A stretch of 60,041 nucleotides of DNA, filler included, from Basidiobolus ranarum (Eukaryota), in assembly GCA_040143965.1 (NCBI GenBank). It is 6 parts of 6 records of this genome, joined end to end, with 100 filler letters (N's around TTAATTAATTAA, not from the genome) between each part and the next. Parts side by side here need not be neighbours in the genome. Positions count along the whole stretch, not along the records: positions 50,152 to 60,041 come from JASJQH010000767.1; 5 more parts are not named here. One strand, written 5' to 3'. Positions 52,977 through 60,041 of this stretch are shown here, piece after piece. The position numbers were made by a program, and so were the translations under genes. Within the stretch, counting starts at the first letter, position 1. Each line of letters begins with the position of its first letter. Under the pieces are notes generated by a model that searched no databases, had not been told where the DNA came from, and worked only from the letters and a program-made list of their open reading frames with translations.

Positions 52977-53253
52977 CGGAAGGAGGAATTGCTAGAAAGA
53001 TATGGAGCAATAGATAAGAGGGAACTTTTATATAGTTTTACATTTCCGGTTTAGGTAATTCATCGCCTAGCACAGATTTCATTTATCGGACTTAATTTGC
53101 GGGAGTTCATTCTCTATCACCACCACAAACACCACCATAAACCTGCTTGAGTGATACAAATACACCGTAACACTTGACTGGGAAGATAAGAGACTCTCGA
53201 ATATAAGCGGCTGATTTGAAAGTTACATTCCACAATTTCTTTTCGCTGCACAA
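52977..53253. promoter_or_regulatory. Putative bidirectional promoter between the deaminase and the purine permease, with four HGATAR sites
   Basis: 277 bp between divergent ATGs. HGATAR at 53012-53017 (+), 53083-53088 (-), 53114-53119 (-) and 53184-53189 (+). TATA-like elements near 53026-53034 (-) and 53201 (+). Confidence 0.55.
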
Positions 53254-55431
53254 ATGGAGGATCATAACAAAACCATTTGCGCTGCAGAAAAAAAGCTGGA
53301 GACCCCTATGTATCGCCCACTGCCTCCCTTGACACTGGCTGAAAAGTTCACCACCACAAGGGGATGGATTGGAGAGTACGATTACAAATCTCTTTGGTAA
53401 TGCTACCTCTGCTGTTCACTGTTGGTGATTGATATCTTACTAACGAATGGTCATATTCCTGCAGTATGCCCCGTATTCCATTCTTGAATCGTAGCCAAGT
53501 CAACAGATCGCCTTTCTATGGCCCTGATGATGAGATTCCTATTTCTGTGGCGCTTCTGATGGGCATTCAGCGTAAGTGCATGTTACATTTCAGTCTACAT
53601 CGAACTCCACCTAATATAGATCACCAAACCAGATTTCCTGGCTGTCATTGGTGGTATTATTAGTCCTACCATCATGATCAGTGGTGCTGGTGATACGTTT
53701 CTGAACTTGGACCAGGAAACGCGGTCTTATATGATATCTGCTTCACTTATTGTAAGTTTCCAACTATTCCCTACCATGTTTGTGCTGTATTAACCAAGAC
53801 CCTAACCCTAATGATTATCATTTAGATGTCTGGATTGATGAGGTAATCCATAACTCAATCGCATATACTTCCCACTGTACTGAATGTAGAGTAACCCTAA
53901 CTTTCCCACCAATTAGTATCGTTCAAATCGTTCGAATTCCCATTCCAAAAACTAAGTATTTCATTGGGGCTGGGTATGGAATTCCGACATACTTCTTCTA
54001 GAGTCCTGCTGGTACTAACCCATATTTTTGAACAAGGCTTCTTCAAATTACTGGTGTTGCCTTCTCCAATATCCCTGCTGCACAAGCAATGATTGGGACC
54101 ATGTATAAGAGTGGCACCTGTTCACGTGACCTTCAAGCAGATGGCTCATACCTCTATAATCCATGTCCTGATGCATTCGGTGCTATCCTTGGAACTCAGG
54201 TACATTCTATCGAAAAGAGGTTCAGCAATTTCCTTAAGCTAATGCTATTTCATAGATGCTTTGCGCTTCCATCGCCATTCTTATTAGTTTTTTACCTGCA
54301 CGCATTATGCGACGTATCTTTCCCAAAATGGTCACCGGTATTGTACTTACAGTTATCGGCGCTTCTCTCATCATTTCGGGTATGAAGAATTGGGCTGGTG
54401 GTACCGGTCCTTGTTCCGCTCGTCCTGATACCGGACTCTTCAGTAAATGCCCAACTATCAATGCACCTAACGCTTTTGAGTGGGGATCACCGGTGTATAT
54501 TGGCCTTGGAGCAAGTGTATTTTTGACCATCATAGTGATTGAGATGGTTGGGTCCATCTTTCTAAAGAACATATCAGTAGTTATTGGTCTTGCTGTTGGT
54601 AAGAAACCCTTTTTTATAGAACGATCAACTAGTTATTCATCCTCCACTTTAGGATGTATTTTAGGTGGAGTAACTGGGATGTTTGACTCATCCAGTATAC
54701 AGAGTGCACCAACCATCACCTTTCTGTGGACCAAAAGTTTCAAGCTTTCGGTGTATGGCCCTGGGATTATTCCCCTTCTGTTTGTCTACATTGACTTTCT
54801 CATCGAATGTATAGGTGATCTTACAGCTAACTGTGATGTTTCTGGAATTCCGGTGGAAGGACCTGACTTTGACTCTCGTATGCAAGGTGGTTTATTAGCG
54901 GACGGACTCTCAGGAGTTTTGAGTGGTGCGGCTACCTCCATGGGAGTAGTGACTTTTAGTCAAAATAATGGAGTGATTGCGGTGACACGATGCGCCTCAC
55001 GTATAGCCGGCTACGTTTGTGCGGGATTACTTATTATCTGCGGAATTTTCGCCAAAATCTCCGGTGCATTCTTGGCAATTCCATCACCGATCATGGGTGG
55101 TATGACAACATTTTTATTTGCATCAGTTGCAACCTCAGGTATTCGTATCCTTGGCTACTTGGATTGGACTCGACGTGATCGAATTATAGTAGCAGCTTCC
55201 CTTGCCATGGCTCTAGGGGTTGAGCTGGTTCCTGGGTGGTTCAGTCATGTTCTACCATCAACTTACAATGTAGCATTAGCTGGCCTCTATGAAGCCATTG
55301 AAACCATTGCTTCCACAGGGTATATTCTAGCAGGAATTATATCGATCTTTTTAAACTTAACCCTACCTGAAGACGAACCCATATACAAACCCGATGCTAA
55401 AAGAACCTTTTTCGACACGGAAAGTGCATGA
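53254..55431 (+). CDS. NAT/NCS2 family xanthine/uric acid permease (UapA/UapC-like), multi-exon
   Basis: N-terminal KFTTTRGWIGEYDY, TMS1 GIQH, YLYNPCPDAFGA, FPKMVTG, ECIGD, GGLLADG, NAT signature TFSQNNGVIAVTRCASR and GGMTTFLFASVATSG. Confidence 0.93.
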
Positions 55432-55996
55432 TGAGTAGAGTATAATACCTTGGAGTGAATCACTTTAATTCATCCGCGGTTCCAGAAACTCCGCGTTAAC
55501 AAATCCTGTACATATTCGTTTGTTTTTTTATTCATTTTATGATATAAATTGATTTCCTAAAATCATCCCTTAAAACTCCACTACTCCCTTGGTTTAACCC
55601 AAAATCAATGGTATTATAGCCTGGATATCCGAACCAATTTGGCCTAGTTTAGGGTTAAACAGTAAGATAAAATTGCCAAACAAGTTCAAAAAACACCTCT
55701 ACTCGACCATTACCCAAAATGGAGTTGGGTCATCTGATCCAAGAAAGTTTGGGTGAATTCATCTATATAGAATATTTGTATACATGTTGGTCAATCAATG
55801 AGAATTCCAGGCTTCGAAAAGTGAGCCAAGAGATTTTATATTCTTCCAGATAGCGAGAATGGGACCCAATATACTTGCCTAATTTGTAAGCTTCAGGTGA
55901 AATGATATCATTGGTCCTTAAAATTCCCGGTATAGGATAACTGGATATTACATATATACTTGTAATGGCTTCGTTTGACGTTAAAAGTTTGCTTTC

Positions 55997-57542
55997 ATGC
56001 TTGAAGATATGGCTTCCGTAACTCCCCCTAACCAGACATTAAAAAAGGGTAAGCCTAAGAAAATGTGGCACGTACTAGGGCTTGACCCCATGTCCAAAGA
56101 TTTTCGTCACGAATTGAAACTTGCTCAAGGTATAGAAATTAGAGAACTCACAAGTCAACAATTGTCTAACCAAGTTTACCACTCACTTTTAGTTAGTGAA
56201 TATTTAAATAATAACGGACATACACTTCCAACCAAAGAATTGGAAAGAGTACTGACGAAATGTCGTTGGGATGTTGAAGACGCCATTTCCTTTCTAAAAG
56301 AATATGCAAAAGCTTCGGATGGGATTATAGTAGAAGTTCCAAAAAAGAACCAATTTAGAGGACCAAAGAACTCCCTTGGGACTAGTTGTTATATTGGTAA
56401 GTTGGACTACTCTCATTATGGATTTTTCTATTTTATTTACTTTGTGCTACATAGACAGTCTATTGTTCGCCATGTTTGGGACACATTCTTGTTACGATGG
56501 TTTGCTACGTCGACGTCATATTACCTCGGAACCAGCGCTCCATCTTCAAACGATTTGCCGATTGTATGTCAATCTACTTCGTTCTGGTACACATATTAGT
56601 AAAATTGTGGTGGAGATGATTCGCAGTGATTTGGACGCGTGTGGATGGAAAGGTGGGATATCCGAAGAATTTGGAGGATCTTTCGAAACCACACCTACTC
56701 AAGAAGATGCCACAGAACTTTTGCAGTTCTTTATGGAGGTTTTTCAACTACCATTCTTACCTTTGGGAGTAAAGCTTCATCATTACGGCGATATGGACGA
56801 CGATGACGGTAGAATTGTTACCGAACGTATCTTTCAATTGTCAATCAATAGCGAAGATACCTCCCTTGATTCTACCCAGCCCATACCATTGGAGAGTATT
56901 CTGGTCAATTACTTTTTTAACAACAAAGTTACCGGAATTCGTCGAAATGTCGAAAAACTAGGTTCTGAAGAGACTGTTGATGCTTGGTCAGTGATGGAAC
57001 TTCTTCCCTTCTACTCACCACAAAATGAATTAGGTGCTGACTTGGGAGCGCTTTCGACTGACTTTCCAGAACAAAATATCATCGTTCCTCTTTCATTAAA
57101 GCGATATGGAATCGATTCAGATGGAGGTTCAATTCGTATTGATCGTCGTGTAGATATTCCACCTTTAATCGACTTTAGTAGTTTTGTCAGTCATCAGTCA
57201 GATAATTCCAATGCGAAATATACGCTGGTGTTGAAATCAGCGGTTTGCCATTTAGGAACTAGTCTATCATCGGGACATTACATCTCCTACTCGGTTAATC
57301 CTAACGACTCGACCACCTGGTACAAACATGACGATCTTGAACATGGCCATCGACGAATTCGAAAATACCCCGCCAACAAATGCTTCGACGATATGTCCGC
57401 TAATGGATACCTATTCCTCTATCAACTTGTCTGTACCCCAGCTCAAGTGACATCAAGCGACTCCAAACACCAGATTCCCCCACCCGAGTACTACGATTCC
57501 AAGAAAAAATCCAAGGAACCATCCAGCTGCTTTCTGCAGTGA
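55997..57542 (+). CDS. Ubiquitin-specific protease (CYLD-like USP) with a UBA/CUE-like N-terminal helix bundle and a C-terminal CaaX
   Basis: Intron 56397-56454 joins the Cys box NSLGTSCYI|DSLLFAMF. Also QEDATE, His box AVCHLGTSLSSGHYISY, WYKHDD and GYLFLY; ends KKKSKEPSSCFLQ*. Confidence 0.88.
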
Positions 57543-58136
57543 AAGTGGAGTGATCTCCAGTTAATCCATGCATTTTATAGACTTCTTTCTACACTCTTTT
57601 TTGATTTGTAACATCCAAGCTTCTTTCCTTCTAATTTGTACCATCCTCACATCTTCCTCATAAACACTTTCAAACATTGAACTTGATATTCCCATCTATG
57701 GATAAATTTGCCCAATGAAACGCGTCAATTGGTTGATCACTAGGTTACGATCACACACGCGTTACCCAAGAGCAAAAGTAGTCAACAAACACTGATGGTT
57801 GCTATCATATATCCTCCACAACTTTAGAACTAGTACAAATCCATTTTAAGATAACTAGAGAGATAAGGCACAGCAGAAAGCCACAAACAACAACTTGTTG
57901 ATATGAGGCTAGACAGAAAAGCTAGACAGAAAATCGTGAAACATCATCCGCGATCGATTGTTTCGAAAATAGGTAAAGTTATTCTAGATTAACACATCAA
58001 ATAGGTTTGGCAGGATTTCTTTGTTTAGATTCCTAATAGATCATGGATCACAAAGCCCTTGCATAGAAATCAATATTTGGTCAAGTCTTTTCAAAGCAAA
58101 CCTTTTTTTTTACACTACAACTTGTATACTTCCTCC

Positions 58137-59854
58137 ATGGACACACCAGCTCCAGCAACACCTGAACGTAAACGTTTCAGTAAGTCTTTACTTTTATCTC
58201 TCTACCTTGAACGTTTTCCATTTCTCACCATTCAGGCTTTCAAGACCATATAACTGTATCAAACTTGGTCAGTCCTGTAACATCGTTATTTCGTACTTCA
58301 AAGAAGACCAGTCACAAACCGGTAGCTAAAAGTTCCGAGATTTCTTCTATACGTGGACCTAGATATGATAATTATCAAAGTAGACTATCAACTCTTAGTA
58401 GTCCAGAGAAACCTGTGGCAATAACCCTTTCTAGAAATAACCTCGATAAAAACCCTAGACCTTCGATCGGGGCTTTGTTGGAAAGTTTCGTCGATAAAGA
58501 GAGGAAAAGTGAAGAATTGTCACAAGCGGTGGAAGAAACACCCGAAAATAAGGAGAAATTATTGAAGGTAGCCTTAGATGAAATTCAACAATACCCATCT
58601 TTCCCCTGGAATGAATATATGCTATCTAAAGAGGTTTGTCATGTTCAAAGAATTATTCTCATGGAACTTAACTCAACATATAACTTTAATAATAAATATA
58701 TATAGGAATTGGAAAACCAAACCAAAACTATCGAAGATCTCAAGGCCAAGTTAAAAACTGAAATGAGAATGAGAGATGGTGCTGCTACCTTGATTAGAGC
58801 TCAAAAAGATAAGAAACTTTCAAAGCAGGCACGTGGTCAATTCGAAACTTCCGAGAGGCGAGTCGGCCAATTGTCTTCAGAAATCTGGAGACTCTCCCAG
58901 AGTACAAATTATATCCATCAAAGGTTACTCCAACATACTGCGGTTATACTAGGTCGGGCATTCCAGGGAGAGGACATCCCATCCGATTATAACCGTAATG
59001 AACAACGGAATAGTTCAATAGGTGATGACCCTATATCCATTTTAAAGGAACAGTTGTCAGCCATGAGCTCCAAACTAGACTCCATCATAGATTCGAAAGA
59101 AGAGCATGCGAACGGTAACATCAATCCCGAGATCAGTCATGAGCACAAACCTCGATGCTCTATAAATTCGTGGGGGTCAGAAAAAGACGAAACCATACAT
59201 CTGTTAACGGAACAGGTAAGTTCTTTGAAGGCAGAATTGCAATTTGCACAAGAGAAGCTCGTTGATTTCGAAAGAAAGTCTGCATCTCAAGAAGTGGACA
59301 ATCCACGAGTCAACGACCTCGTCCGCACCTCACTCAAAAATGCCATTGTTGAAAAAGAGCGGTACAGGATTGAACTTGAGAAGGAGAAAGCACTTCGTGC
59401 AGACTTAGTACGTCAAATGGAAGAGCTTCAACACAAAGTCGACCAAAACTCAACATCCGGTCACGAGGAGAATTTGCGTACAACATTGGAAGAGTCTATT
59501 CGTGATTTCGACGCATTAAAGGAAGAGAACCAATATTACAATGATGCGTTACGGCAGCTGTTCGCGCTATGTCCTAACTATTCACCAACACACACTTATT
59601 CTGACGACGAAGAAGAGGAGAAATTTACCCTAGATGGGTTTATGGATCGCATTACCTATCTTATCGAGGAGAATCACCATCTCATGGACCGTGTACTAGA
59701 GCTACAGTCAGAGAACGAACAACATCGGTCCAAAGCCCGACAAAGCAGGAACGGGTTAGAGAATGCTTATGAATCACCCATCCCCACACCTAATACTGTG
59801 CAGTCCAGATTATGGCTAGATGATTCCAGCGACGAAGAATATCGCCAGACGTGA
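58137..59854 (+). CDS. Uds1 (up-regulated during septation) domain coiled-coil protein
   Basis: ALDEIQQY...LSKE|ELE...LKTEMRMRDGAATL...RRVGQLSSEIW...QRLLQHTAVILG matches the Uds1 domain pattern, followed by coiled coil and FTLDGFMDRI. Two introns. Confidence 0.7.
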
Positions 59855-60041
59855 TCAACCATGCAAATATCTATCCTACAAGCTTTGTCGTGTCTCTAAT
59901 ACTTTTTGACCATTTTGTATACATGAAATGTACATTCATTGGCATGCTCACCAAATATAAACGATCAGATTCTCCTGATGTCGATAATTGATATATGTAT
60001 TTTGACCTAATTAGAATAAACAACCATCACAAGTGCATTCG

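Noticed and set aside
57907-57933. 13-bp tandem duplication GCTAGACAGAAAA
   Set aside because: Two-copy intergenic slippage duplication with no further structure.
1-60041. tRNA, rRNA, snRNA genes or CRISPR arrays
   Set aside because: No cloverleaf, rRNA-like sequence or regular repeat-spacer pattern recognised by eye; a covariance-model search would be needed to exclude small RNAs.

Overview
Eukaryotic, intron-rich, AT-rich fungal DNA, most consistent with an early-diverging fungus (Zoopagomycota/Mucoromycota-like; this placement is inference). The window is not one locus. Five identical 100-nt spacers (N44-TTAATTAATTAA-N44) join six segments of steadily decreasing length (9960, 9952, 9941, 9905, 9893, 9890 nt), so it looks like size-sorted contigs and adjacency across spacers is meaningless. 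Genes supported: a DDT/WHIM/WSD chromatin protein, the POL12 3' end, two tandem DUF1647-like paralogs, an FLC/TRP-like channel, a kinesin-4, a synaptobrevin, a White Collar-1-like LOV photoreceptor, an SCI1-like protein, a Psr/SCP phosphatase, a class IV chitin synthase, an Akr1-like last exon, Dom34/Pelota, a membrane-anchored coiled-coil protein, Psd2, an Sqs1-like G-patch protein, a decayed copia element, a zinc deaminase, a UapA-like purine permease, a CYLD-like USP and a Uds1-domain protein. The strongest candidate for an undescribed system is a head-to-head pair sharing a 277-bp GATA-rich spacer: a signal-peptide plus HDEL (ER-luminal) CDA-fold deaminase and a xanthine/uric-acid NAT permease. 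Also notable are a WC-1 copy apparently collapsed by internal deletion into a LOV-only protein, a ~1.87 kb CpG-free copia relic, a CaaX-tailed deubiquitinase and a possible tail-anchored dynein adaptor. All family assignments come from motif recognition by eye; no searches were run.
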